IMG/VR virus record: IMGVR_UViG_2588253904_000003
Coordinates: 1-64,000 of that record
DNA from: a virus
Taxonomy: Duplodnaviria; Caudoviricetes
Strand: one strand, 5' to 3'
DNA: 64,000 nt
The notes under the pieces are model-generated. The model searched no databases. It saw only the letters and a program-made list of their open reading frames with translations, and had not been told where the DNA came from. Below are positions 30,887-39,949 of the stretch, piece after piece. The position numbers were made by a program, and so were the translations under genes. How positions within the stretch are numbered: the first letter of the stretch is position 1; each line of letters begins with the position of its first letter.

Positions 30887-31390
30887 TTACATGGTTTCCT
30901 GTGCCTCCTGAAGGGCCTCCCCCATCTGATTGCTCAGGTTTACAGAGAAAAAACCGCTCACTGTGAAAATCTCCATGTATACTGTCATGTAAAATGACAA
31001 CTGAGAGCCTCCCTCCTCAATGTATCTGTTGAAAATATCCATCACCCCGTTTTTGGTGATCCCGTGGTTCCAATCCTTCATAGCCGCATGGGCCACATCC
31101 AACATTACAGAGAGAGCGGGCATACCGCCCTGGCCGGATCCCATTATATTCATTAAGTTTGTTTTATACTTGCTTTCAAGCTCCACAATGGCAGAGGTTT
31201 TCAGCTTCAGCTTGTAGCTCTGCCCTCCTACCTCCCACAGTGCAAAGGGCTTTCTTTTGGGCATTTCAACCACTTTGCTCTCCTCTGCCTCTCCTGCTGC
31301 CTCATTCCTCTCCATGGTTTCCTCTTCCTGGTTTGCCGCCTCTACTGCTGCCGCCATTGCGTTATCATTCTTATTCCCAAATAAATTCAT
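30887..31390 (-). CDS. Tail assembly chaperone
   Basis: YKLKL...ELE...VSGFF; follows the major tail gene. Confidence 0.7.
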   Translation of the reverse strand: MNLFGNKNDNAMAAAVEAANQEEETMERNEAAGEAEESKVVEMPKRKPFALWEVGGQSYKLKLKTSAIVELESKYKTNLMNIMGSGQGGMPALSVMLDVAHAAMKDWNHGITKNGVMDIFNRYIEEGGSQLSFYMTVYMEIFTVSGFFSVNLSNQMGEALQEAQETM

Positions 31391-31413
31391 TTTTCAATCC
31401 TCCTATACTCTTT

Positions 31414-31827
31414 TTATGCCGGATCCGTTGTTACAATCTCACTCTGAAGGGCCATATTGAGATCCCACTCCATTACACCATTCACACCGCCGCCCGATCT
31501 CTTCACAGATACCTGGGCATCGTACTCATACCGGGTGCCATCGGGCAGCTCTTCACAGAATGAAAGTACCTCCTTTGTGGCTCCTGCCTTCCTCATTACT
31601 CTGTATGGGGAATTTTCTGAGGTATTCTCATACTTGAATTTATAAGTAAGATCACCGGCATCTCCTATACCAAATTCATACTGCTTCACCTTATCGGCCA
31701 GGCCGGTATTTTCCACTTTTTCAGGATCATCACCTAACTCAGGGATCTCCTTCAGGCCGGTAAGGTTTGTATAATCCTCAGTAGAGCCCTTCTTTTTATA
31801 TCCCAGTGTTGCACCATTCGCTAACAT
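31414..31827 (-). CDS. Major tail tube protein
   Basis: MLANGATLGY...IPELG.DPEKVE.T...GIGDAGDL. Confidence 0.85.
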   Translation of the reverse strand: MLANGATLGYKKKGSTEDYTNLTGLKEIPELGDDPEKVENTGLADKVKQYEFGIGDAGDLTYKFKYENTSENSPYRVMRKAGATKEVLSFCEELPDGTRYEYDAQVSVKRSGGGVNGVMEWDLNMALQSEIVTTDPA

Positions 31828-31848
31828 AGTTCTTTTACCTCCTTGTTT

Positions 31849-32208
31849 TTAATAATTGTTGTATACTCTTTCGGTATCCACATCAATAATGCCTTCATAC
31901 CGCATAACCTTGTGCTTCAGGCCGGACGGATCGGGAACATCACCACATGCAATGCGCTTCAATCCCAGGGCAGATATGGCCGCATCCACCTTCAGAGCCG
32001 CCTCTGAGGTGCTTGCATTGTTCCAAATATCAAACTTATAAAGAAGATGGGCCTTGCTTTCCTTGTTATCCACCCATTCCACCACAGAATTATCCTCCTC
32101 AGTGTACTGGATAGCGGGAAGCACAGCCCACTCCTTTGGGTATGTATCACTCACATTCTCTGTAATGCCCTGGATTGCCCCATATACCTGATCTTTCACA
32201 TTGATCAT
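31849..32208 (-). CDS. Tail terminator/completion protein
   Basis: Start MINVKDQ at 32208; synteny. Confidence 0.65.
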   Translation of the reverse strand: MINVKDQVYGAIQGITENVSDTYPKEWAVLPAIQYTEEDNSVVEWVDNKESKAHLLYKFDIWNNASTSEAALKVDAAISALGLKRIACGDVPDPSGLKHKVMRYEGIIDVDTERVYNNY

Positions 32209-32702
32209 TGATTTCCACCAACCTCTCTCATATAATCCTTCACATCTTTTGCTATATTCTTTGTAACCGTATCCTCCATATCCTTCAATGCAGGATACAT
32301 AAATGGATGCGCCGGTTGCCCTTCTGTATAATGGAAATCTCCATCCGGATCCTGCCACACCCATCCCTCTTGTACGTGTGTTACATTTACATTAGGGGAA
32401 GTTCCTGCATGATTTGATTCTCCCACCGGCCCGGTGCCAAACTCCACAAAAACGGCATGTTTTGCATTGGAATAAACACATCCAATAATAGAGCCCTCTT
32501 CTTTTTTTACCACTGTGTGGATGCTTCTCTTTAGCTCCCCTCTCGGCACAAACGGCCAGGGGCCGGTATAAGTCGGAACATTCAGCACCGCCGCACCTCT
32601 TACTAATTCTGTTTGATCACGCATTGAGGCCATTATTGTGGGCTCAATATTCTGCATCCTCTTAATCTTTCCCATTAAGCTCTGCACACCGTTTACTGCC
32701 AT
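32205..32702 (-). CDS. HK97 gp10-like neck protein
   Basis: GELKRSI...VEFGTG...GQPAHPFMYPA. Confidence 0.85.
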   Translation of the reverse strand: MAVNGVQSLMGKIKRMQNIEPTIMASMRDQTELVRGAAVLNVPTYTGPWPFVPRGELKRSIHTVVKKEEGSIIGCVYSNAKHAVFVEFGTGPVGESNHAGTSPNVNVTHVQEGWVWQDPDGDFHYTEGQPAHPFMYPALKDMEDTVTKNIAKDVKDYMREVGGNQ

Positions 32703-33028
32703 TATATTATCCTTTCCAACTCCATCACCTTCGGGCTGTACTCCGGTTTTATGGAAATGATTTTATAATCCGGCCCGGCTTCCGGCCCCACAAACACGCA
32801 TATGCCATCGCCTTCCTGCATGGCCTCAGCTCCCCCATATTCCATATTTTTGATATAGGTGAGCCTCTCTCCATACAATTCAGCCTGCACCCTGCCGCTT
32901 GCGGGCCATATGGTTGCCTTGATCTCCACCGCTTCCTCATATTCCACAATGGAGCCGCCTTCACGATCCTTCCCCGTTTTCCTCCTCCTCAGGTGGTAAC
33001 TCTTCATCAGGCTCCTTCTCATACGCAT
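32702..33028 (-). CDS. Head-closure protein
   Basis: Synteny; AELYGER motif. Confidence 0.6.
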   Translation of the reverse strand: MRMRRSLMKSYHLRRRKTGKDREGGSIVEYEEAVEIKATIWPASGRVQAELYGERLTYIKNMEYGGAEAMQEGDGICVFVGPEAGPDYKIISIKPEYSPKVMELERII

Positions 33029-33317
33029 GGCCGCCGATCCTCCCTAATCTGTACCGTTTAATCACGGTTTCAATATCTTTTGGAATCTCCGCAAATGCTG
33101 AAGATATCCCGCCTTCGCTCCGGCTTGTTTCTCCCTGCATCCCCATACGGTTATAGGCCACAGTGGCCCATTCTCTCACCGCAGGCTTCAGCGGGTAGAT
33201 CATTTTTCTCCGGTTTGCCAGGGAGAGCACCTTTTCCTCTGCCATGGACAGCAAAAGGGAGAGGAGCTCTTCATCCCCCTCTCCCGTTATCTTTTTAAGC
33301 ATTTCCACATCCGTCAC
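32961..33317 (-). CDS. Head-tail connector (gp6/gp15-like)
   Basis: YNRMGMQGETSRSEGGIS. Confidence 0.8.
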   Translation of the reverse strand: MTDVEMLKKITGEGDEELLSLLLSMAEEKVLSLANRRKMIYPLKPAVREWATVAYNRMGMQGETSRSEGGISSAFAEIPKDIETVIKRYRLGRIGGHAYEKEPDEELPPEEEENGEGS

Positions 33318-33332
33318 AGTATCGCCTCCCGC

Positions 33333-33830
33333 TTAATGGTTCATAATCATGGCCACCAGGGTATCCTTATTCATGTTTGCATACCCCTGGATCCCCATTC
33401 CTTTGGCAATCTCCCTCAGCTCAGCCACCTTTTTCCCATTCAGCTCTGCAAGACGTTCATCACCGGCACCATTCAGGGGATCATTGCCAGTTTTCTCTTC
33501 TCCGGCTCCCTCTTCCGGTTTCCCGCTGCCTTCGCCGGTTCCTTCCTGCTGCTTCTCACCGCCTTCAGCGCTTCCTCCTGCTGCCTGCTGCCCTCCATTT
33601 CCCTCTGTGAGCTTCTCAGCGCCCTCAGGAGCGGCTTTTTCGGGTTCTTTGGTATTTTCCCCCGCCTCCGGCTTTTTGGGCTCCTCCTGAGGCTTATTTG
33701 CCGCCTTCCCTTCAAGCTCCTCCCTGGTTGCTGCTACCAAATAATGATCCGTATCTTTCCGGCATACCTTAATGGCATCCGCATTATGGCACTCCTGAAT
33801 GCTTCCGTTTTTCTTGTTATAGATGAACAT
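33333..33830 (-). CDS. Rho-N-like domain protein
   Basis: C-terminal KVAELREIAKGMGIQGYANMNKDTLV. Confidence 0.7.
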   Translation of the reverse strand: MFIYNKKNGSIQECHNADAIKVCRKDTDHYLVAATREELEGKAANKPQEEPKKPEAGENTKEPEKAAPEGAEKLTEGNGGQQAAGGSAEGGEKQQEGTGEGSGKPEEGAGEEKTGNDPLNGAGDERLAELNGKKVAELREIAKGMGIQGYANMNKDTLVAMIMNH

Positions 33831-33846
33831 TATTGGCCCTCCTTCC

Positions 33847-34698
33847 TTAGTTCTTATTTGCTGTCAATACAGAGATACACTTGGGCTGCAATACCTTGGC
33901 ACCATACACATGCAGGCCTTTAACAGCGTCAGAGAATCTCTTTTCAGGCCGGTATGCTTCAGTTTTGAGAATCTGCTCAGCATAGGAGCCTGCTGCATTG
34001 GTTCCGGCAATGATCTTGTACTTCTCCCCATCCGTATTCGGCACATTGTTGGAGAGCCAAATTCTGAAGCCTGCTGCCACACCGATCTCACCGCCTTCAA
34101 TGAGGGCTTTATTGTAATCTGTACCATTTCCCACAAATCTGCTATCTTTCAGCAAAAGGCCGTGATACCATGCCGGAATAACCGCCCATCTCCCAATCGT
34201 GGGCACGTTCTTTTCCGTCAAATCCGTGGAAAGATCCACCAGGTAATCATAGGCATTATCTTTGGCCGGTACAATCGGCGCTGCATCCGTTCCCAGGTTC
34301 GTGCCATTGTTCTCAGCTCCCAAATACAAAAGGTTTGCCAGGAAAAGATCCGTTGTATCGTTCATGGCATACGCTGAGCGCTGCATGGCCGAATCCATGA
34401 GTTTAGGGTTCACCTGAGCGGCATCCACATCATCAATGGAAAAGTTGAAATATTTCGCCTGATCAATGGTGAGTGTGTTCTGATCGCCGTTCAGTTCCTC
34501 CGGATCGTCAATATCCTTCCCTTTTGTGTAGTCCTTAATGGTGACATCCCCGATCTGATTGATTTTTACGGTATCACCATAGTTTTTGATCTCCCCTTCA
34601 TAATCCCGGTTTACCAGGGCGGCATACACATGTGCCTTGTCAAGGTGTGCCAAAAGCCTGGCGCTCCAAATTGTGGGGATAAAATTTGCTACTGACAT
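33847..34698 (-). CDS. Major capsid protein
   Basis: FIPTIWS...NRDYEGEI..GDTVKI...D.VKGLHVYGAKV. Confidence 0.9.
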   Translation of the reverse strand: MSVANFIPTIWSARLLAHLDKAHVYAALVNRDYEGEIKNYGDTVKINQIGDVTIKDYTKGKDIDDPEELNGDQNTLTIDQAKYFNFSIDDVDAAQVNPKLMDSAMQRSAYAMNDTTDLFLANLLYLGAENNGTNLGTDAAPIVPAKDNAYDYLVDLSTDLTEKNVPTIGRWAVIPAWYHGLLLKDSRFVGNGTDYNKALIEGGEIGVAAGFRIWLSNNVPNTDGEKYKIIAGTNAAGSYAEQILKTEAYRPEKRFSDAVKGLHVYGAKVLQPKCISVLTANKN

Positions 34699-34722
34699 TT
34701 TTTCTTTCCTCCTTTATTCGCT

Positions 34723-35499
34723 TTATTTTTCTGCCTGCATGGCCGCCTGCACCGCATCCCAATTCTTATTTATCTCAGCAGGGCTCATTGCCTTAATCTG
34801 CTCCATGGTATATGCGGCATGATCTCCGGCCTTTTTCGGCGGCTTCCCACCGCTCAGACGGTCATTCACCGCCTTTTCAACTGCCTCCTGAAATGCTTTT
34901 CCCACAGCCTCTATTGAGGCGCTGCATTCCTCGGCATTGGAATAATTCAGCACAGCGGCCAGGGAAACGGGGAGCCCCTTCTCTGCAAGCTGCTCCTTTG
35001 CCGTTGCTGTGAGCTCTCTTTTGGTGAGAGCCGCTTCTCTGTCGGCAATCTCCTTCTCTTTCTTTTCCCGCTCATACTGCGCTTTCTGCTCAGCGTTCAT
35101 TTTGGCCATCTTCTCTGCCTCAGTTACAGCTTCCTGCACCTTGGTATTGAGTTCAGCCTGCATTTTGCTCCGGCTTGTTTCCAGGGCCTTGCCTACTCTC
35201 CGATCAAATTCTGCCTGATTTTTCGGATCCTTTAAAAAATCGTCAAAACTTACGGGAGAGCCCGCCGCCTGGCCGGTTCCTCCTTCAGCGCCCTGGCCTG
35301 CCGCTCCTTCTCCTCCTGCTGCCCCCGGTTCTGCTCCGGTTCCTCCGGCATTTCCTGAGGTTCCTCCACCTCCGGCCCCACCGGCACCGCCTCCTGCTCC
35401 ACCGTCCGGCTCAGCAAAAAACTGTAAATTCATGGGCATAGCACAATGCGCCCGGCCAAAAATCCTGCTTACTCCATAATGATTGTTCATAAATTTCAT
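34723..35499 (-). CDS. Capsid scaffolding protein (DUF4355-like)
   Basis: MNLQFFAE motif, Gly-rich linker, coiled coil. Confidence 0.85.
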   Translation of the reverse strand: MKFMNNHYGVSRIFGRAHCAMPMNLQFFAEPDGGAGGGAGGAGGGGTSGNAGGTGAEPGAAGGEGAAGQGAEGGTGQAAGSPVSFDDFLKDPKNQAEFDRRVGKALETSRSKMQAELNTKVQEAVTEAEKMAKMNAEQKAQYEREKKEKEIADREAALTKRELTATAKEQLAEKGLPVSLAAVLNYSNAEECSASIEAVGKAFQEAVEKAVNDRLSGGKPPKKAGDHAAYTMEQIKAMSPAEINKNWDAVQAAMQAEK

Positions 35500-35650
35500 A
35501 TTGTTCTTTTCCTCCTATATGCCCCTGCATTTCCTTTCCAGGCCCCACAGATTCATTATTTTGGTTTCGCCTGCCTCTTATTTTCGGCCCTTGGCAGCAC
35601 CGGGCCCGCCTCTCACCCTCGGCATGGGAGATAAAAGGATCACCGCCTTT

Positions 35651-35905
35651 CTACTCTGCTATGTGCCAATCCTCTGCAAGCATATCCGCCTGGGACGCAA
35701 GCCACCCCATCTGCACTCCACTTGTACCCACAAAAGCAATAGCTTTGTTTCCGATTGCTTCATGAACACAGTTGACTACATTGCCGCCCGCTCTTGTGTA
35801 GCTGATATTGGTTGCAAGCTCAATATACTGCTTTTTCCCATTCCAACCTTCTCTTGCCACTTTCTTTCCACTCTTCAGGGCTTCCAGTGCTTCTCCAAAA
35901 TTCAT
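35651..35905 (-). CDS. DUF2829 / Tad2-like anti-defence sponge candidate
   Basis: MNFGEALEALKSGKKVAREGWNGK...GWLASQADMLAEDW; GGAGG RBS before ATG 35905. Confidence 0.75.
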   Translation of the reverse strand: MNFGEALEALKSGKKVAREGWNGKKQYIELATNISYTRAGGNVVNCVHEAIGNKAIAFVGTSGVQMGWLASQADMLAEDWHIAE

Positions 35906-35984
35906 GCTCAGATCCTCCTCTCTTATTTTTGTATACAAAAAGAGCCATGCATCTCTGCACAGCCCTTCATTGCTTAAAATATTA

Positions 35985-37202
35985 TTATTTTTCCTTTTCA
36001 TTTGTCTTGGTTTCTTTGTATTGTTTTTTAATCTCTTCCCATTTCTCAGGATTGTTATATTTAATTTCCTGAAAATCTTCAAATGATTTTCCGGCTTTCT
36101 TTCCCATTACACTCCGATACCTTTCATATTGCTTTTTATCTGAAGAATGGTTTTTTATCTTCTTTTCCGCTGCCAGTGCCTTGGGATTGTTTGCTATGTT
36201 TTTTTTATACCACTCATTATAATTCATGGTTGCCGGTACTTTTTTCCATTCTTCTTTTTCCGGATCCCATGCATCCCTTTTTAACTTCTTTTTCAGCTCT
36301 TCATCCATATGGATCATTGTGGTTGATCTGCAAAATGGATGCATAGGGTTCATATTTACACCCGGTTTTGCGTCCTCTATCTTGAATGTTTTCCCATCCA
36401 ATTCCCTGCAAATCTTTGAAGTTTTCAAATCCAATGTTGCAACAAAATCATATTCTTCTGATTTGCACTCCTTATATGCCGCAAGCTGCATCTGCCCTGA
36501 AATGAAATTGCTCTCAGTTCTCACAAGCCTCCGGGCCTCAAAGGCTCCCGCTGCATACTTATTGGCGATCTCCCTAGCCATTTCCTCCTCACCTTTTCCA
36601 GTAAGGAGCCCAATGAGCATCTGCTCCTTCAAATCAGCAGCCACTCCCTTGGTATTTTTCCATATTCTTTGAGAATAATTTGCCCCGCTCCATTTTGATT
36701 CCAAAAGCAAGGCCACCGTTTTGGGATCTACCGCCGAAAAACTAAATTGAAAACCAACTCTTTTCTGCACATTATAAATTTCCCGGTAATAGGAATTTGT
36801 TGCCAGGTCAACATAATGTGAAGTTGTGACTTTCTTTTCCTGCTCAAATACTTCCTGCATCATGTGATCTACTTCTGCCTGAAGCTGCTCCAATCTCTCA
36901 ATGCGGGCCCGGTATGCACCGCTTTCTATCTCTGCCAATAGATCGGCATTCTTTGGATCTTGTGCAAGGGCCTTTTTTAGCTCTTCTATGTCTGTTTTAT
37001 TTCTCAAAGTGTTAAGGAGCCGCTTTGCCTCCGCATCCGTCAAATTGTGCTTTGTTTTAAATTTATTATATATCTCCTCAATTTCATAATTCAGATGCCG
37101 GGAAGCCTTTGCATATATGTCTGCCAGTTCCTTTGATACCGTTTCAGCGTCCTCCATGTATTCAAACATGTTTTGTGCCTGCCGGTTTTCCCAATATCCC
37201 AC
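35985..37202 (-). CDS. Minor capsid / head morphogenesis protein (SPP1 gp7, MuF)
   Basis: RLVRTE...ATLDLKTS.IC..LDG...PMHPFCRST. Confidence 0.9.
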   Translation of the reverse strand: MGYWENRQAQNMFEYMEDAETVSKELADIYAKASRHLNYEIEEIYNKFKTKHNLTDAEAKRLLNTLRNKTDIEELKKALAQDPKNADLLAEIESGAYRARIERLEQLQAEVDHMMQEVFEQEKKVTTSHYVDLATNSYYREIYNVQKRVGFQFSFSAVDPKTVALLLESKWSGANYSQRIWKNTKGVAADLKEQMLIGLLTGKGEEEMAREIANKYAAGAFEARRLVRTESNFISGQMQLAAYKECKSEEYDFVATLDLKTSKICRELDGKTFKIEDAKPGVNMNPMHPFCRSTTMIHMDEELKKKLKRDAWDPEKEEWKKVPATMNYNEWYKKNIANNPKALAAEKKIKNHSSDKKQYERYRSVMGKKAGKSFEDFQEIKYNNPEKWEEIKKQYKETKTNEKEK

Positions 37203-37207
37203 TCAGA

Positions 37208-38698
37208 TCACCCCTTGCTTCCTGCTGCCTGCTGCTTCTCCTTTTCCTCTTCAGCCTCTTCTTTGGGTTCCTCTTTGGCCTCCCCATCCGGATCGGTTTC
37301 TTCCTCCTCAGGCTCCTCTTCCTCTCCAAATTCAGGCGGCTCATTGGCTCCCATTCCAAAAAGCTCCTGCTGCCGCTTTACCTCTTCGGCCTTTTGCTTT
37401 GTAACCTCTTCAATCTCATAATCCGGATCTTCCACAAATGGCAGGAGCTTCAGCAGCGTTTTGGCCGATACATTATCTTTCAGATTAGCCACAATCTGAG
37501 CCAGTTCCAGGAGATTTTTAGGCAATGCCCGGCTGAAGGTTGCCATGATTGAGCCCGCCTCCATGAGAATGGCCTTCATGCTGAGGAAATTGCAGTATAG
37601 CCGGATCCTCTTCCTGAGGCCCTTTTTATACTGCCTTTCCTTTACCTTCGTGATCATTTCCAGGCCCAGGAGCTTATACTCCATAGCCACACCGGACACA
37701 TTACCGGCAAAATTTTCATCCATGAAGTTGGGCACATGGCTGAAATTGTAAATATCTTCTTTTATGGCCTTCCTGAGCACCTCTGCCCCGTTTTCGTCCA
37801 TTTGCCTGCTCAGGTATTCCGCTTTTGCGTCCTCAGGCAGTTCCAGGAGCTTATTCTCTCTCAGCTTCTTTTGTGCCTCCGTGGTTTCCTCTTCGTCATC
37901 CCCTAAAATAGCCCCATACAAAACAAGCACCGCATCAATGAATTGCTCTTTATCATTGATCCGGTCACTCATTAAAGTGTTGTATGCGTCTATCAAAGGG
38001 ATCTGCTGCTCAAAATCCCCTATTGCCTCCTTATTGTTCAGATATTCTATGATCTGAGGTTCACCAAAATAATGCTGCACCGGCTCCTCTGTCACAAGTT
38101 GGGAAATATCTGATCCGCTGTCAAGAATATTCAGCACATATGTATAGTTGGCTGTGCTCACCGTGGCCACATATGTATATGTATCCTGCACAGAGTTCTT
38201 TTTCTTGTAGTAGTACACCCCACAGAGCTCATTTTCTTCTATGGTGTCATCCACCACTATGAAGGTGGATAATGGAGAGATATTCTTGGAAACGGGGGCC
38301 GCCTCTCCCTCCTTCGTGTACACATATTCATAAGCTAACCCATAAATGCTCATATCTAGGGCATTATCCGCATCCACGTCATCCACATTGGCATTGTCAA
38401 AGGCCGTGAGTAACGGATCAATGTTCTGCTCCCCACTGTTTGAGTATGTGACCGGGTTCCCCATGAAGTACCCCGTGGCCGTGTCTGAAATATCTTTGGC
38501 ATGGTTGCATGTTACTTTGCTATTGGGTGCCTCCTTCTCCCGCTTCCGCTCCTCAATTTTATGGTGCCCATCATAATACCTTTTATTTTTCAGCAGGCGG
38601 GCCATCATGCCCTCATGCTTCTTTACCAACGTGAGAATAATGCTTTTATTTAGGTTTCTTTCGTCAAATTGTTCTGCCGGATATGTAAAACGTTCCAC
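37208..38698 (-). CDS. Portal protein (SPP1 type)
   Basis: GYFMGNPV, LIDAYN, FAGNVSGVAM. Confidence 0.9.
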   Translation of the reverse strand: MERFTYPAEQFDERNLNKSIILTLVKKHEGMMARLLKNKRYYDGHHKIEERKREKEAPNSKVTCNHAKDISDTATGYFMGNPVTYSNSGEQNIDPLLTAFDNANVDDVDADNALDMSIYGLAYEYVYTKEGEAAPVSKNISPLSTFIVVDDTIEENELCGVYYYKKKNSVQDTYTYVATVSTANYTYVLNILDSGSDISQLVTEEPVQHYFGEPQIIEYLNNKEAIGDFEQQIPLIDAYNTLMSDRINDKEQFIDAVLVLYGAILGDDEEETTEAQKKLRENKLLELPEDAKAEYLSRQMDENGAEVLRKAIKEDIYNFSHVPNFMDENFAGNVSGVAMEYKLLGLEMITKVKERQYKKGLRKRIRLYCNFLSMKAILMEAGSIMATFSRALPKNLLELAQIVANLKDNVSAKTLLKLLPFVEDPDYEIEEVTKQKAEEVKRQQELFGMGANEPPEFGEEEEPEEEETDPDGEAKEEPKEEAEEEKEKQQAAGSKG

Positions 38699-38726
38699 TT
38701 CAATCCCTCCTAACAAAAAGAGAGCC

Positions 38727-39335
38727 CTATTCAGGGGCTCTCCTACTTCTCCACATTGCTTTATTTGCACAACTTCTTGAGCAATATCTTACTTTTTTAA
38801 ATTTATTAGTTAAAAATTCCTTTCCGCAAATTACACATACTCTAGTAACATTATCTAGCCCGCTTTTTCTCCTCCATTTACTCCTGCAAGCATTGGAACA
38901 AAATTTATTATTTCCATGGTATTGCGTTTCATATTCTTTTCCGCACATTTCGCAAATTAAAGTTCTTTTTCCTGAAAATGTTTCCATCGCATGTTTTGAA
39001 TGCCACTCTTTCCCCTCCTTGCTTTTGTGCCAATCCTTTGCCGCTTCAACCGCTTTTGCAAAATTTTTTCTCCCTTCTCCTGGGTGTTCATCATGCCATT
39101 TTTGACTATGCATGGATTGATGTTTTCCGGCCTTAATCATTTCAAGGTTTGATATGTCATTATTTGCTTTATCTTCATCCTTATGGTGTATATCATACCC
39201 TTTTGGAATAGGCCCATTGTAAAATTCCCATACATATCTATGCATCCGCTTTTCTATTGTGGAATTTAGATAATACCCGGTTTTATCATCCCTTGTGAAT
39301 TTCAGGCCGTTAAAATATTGGTATTTGCTGCTCAT
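38727..39335 (-). CDS. HNH endonuclease with Zn-finger C-terminus
   Basis: MHRYVW...IHHKD..KANNDISNLE. Confidence 0.85.
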   Translation of the reverse strand: MSSKYQYFNGLKFTRDDKTGYYLNSTIEKRMHRYVWEFYNGPIPKGYDIHHKDEDKANNDISNLEMIKAGKHQSMHSQKWHDEHPGEGRKNFAKAVEAAKDWHKSKEGKEWHSKHAMETFSGKRTLICEMCGKEYETQYHGNNKFCSNACRSKWRRKSGLDNVTRVCVICGKEFLTNKFKKVRYCSRSCANKAMWRSRRAPE

Positions 39336-39589
39336 TTTGCTTTCCTCTGCTCTGCAATTTTCATAATTTCGGCCATTACTTCAGATTGATTGGTTAAATA
39401 ATTTAGGAACATGAATGATCTCATGCAATGCATATAATCATCCTGATCTGCCCTTCCTAATGCTATTTTATTCAAACTATCAGCCATCTTGTTTAACATG
39501 AGGCTCATTGTGTATATGGCTTCATTTTCCGATTTCTTATTTGCTTCCGTGTTATTCCCTTTCGGTCTAAATTCAATTACTTTACTCAT
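39332..39589 (-). CDS. Hypothetical protein
   Basis: 85 aa with AAGGAG RBS. Confidence 0.6.
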   Translation of the reverse strand: MSKVIEFRPKGNNTEANKKSENEAIYTMSLMLNKMADSLNKIALGRADQDDYMHCMRSFMFLNYLTNQSEVMAEIMKIAEQRKAK

Positions 39590-39612
39590 AGTTATCTCCT
39601 TTCAAATTATGC

Positions 39613-39714
39613 TTGAAAGAAGTTCCATTCTGCTCTATAATGTGTACAGAAGGAAACTTCTGATATGGAGCAATCGTGATACCGTCCAAAGTGAAACGAT
39701 TGCTCTTATTTTTT
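39613..39714 (+). ncRNA. Predicted short antisense RNA with its promoter and terminator
   Basis: TTGAAA-N17-TATAAT (39613-39641), then GAGCAATCGT...ACGATTGCTC-TTATTTTT. Confidence 0.55.
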
Positions 39715-39889
39715 ACCTATCTTTTACCTCTTCATAGACCTTCTCAATTCCCTTTCTAACAATATCTGATTTTGATAAACCAGTTTTTTCACAGCAAAAT
39801 TCTAAAAGTTCAACTTCCCTATCAGAAAGCCTTATTCTATATTGATTGTTTTTGGGGTCTTTTGTTGGCCTGCCTGTTCTTGGTGACAC
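39713..39889 (-). CDS. 58 aa ribbon-helix-helix (CopG-like) regulator not in the ORF track
   Basis: GTG start after GGAGG: MSPRTGRPTKDPKNNQYRIRLSDRE...SKSDIVRKGI. Confidence 0.75.
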   Translation of the reverse strand: MSPRTGRPTKDPKNNQYRIRLSDREVELLEFCCEKTGLSKSDIVRKGIEKVYEEVKDR

Positions 39890-39904
39890 TTTTTTCCTCC
39901 TTTC

Positions 39905-39949
39905 TTTTGGCTACACATAAATTATATATTTTGCGTAGCCAAAAGTCAA
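39905..39949 (-). promoter_or_regulatory. sigmaA promoter overlapped by an inverted-repeat operator
   Basis: TTGACT-N17-TATAAT on the minus strand; TTTTGGCTAC...GTAGCCAAAA inverted repeat. Confidence 0.65.

Noticed and set aside
30850-30900. Programmed frameshift between the tail chaperone genes
   Set aside because: Plausible by synteny, but no clear slippery heptamer was identified
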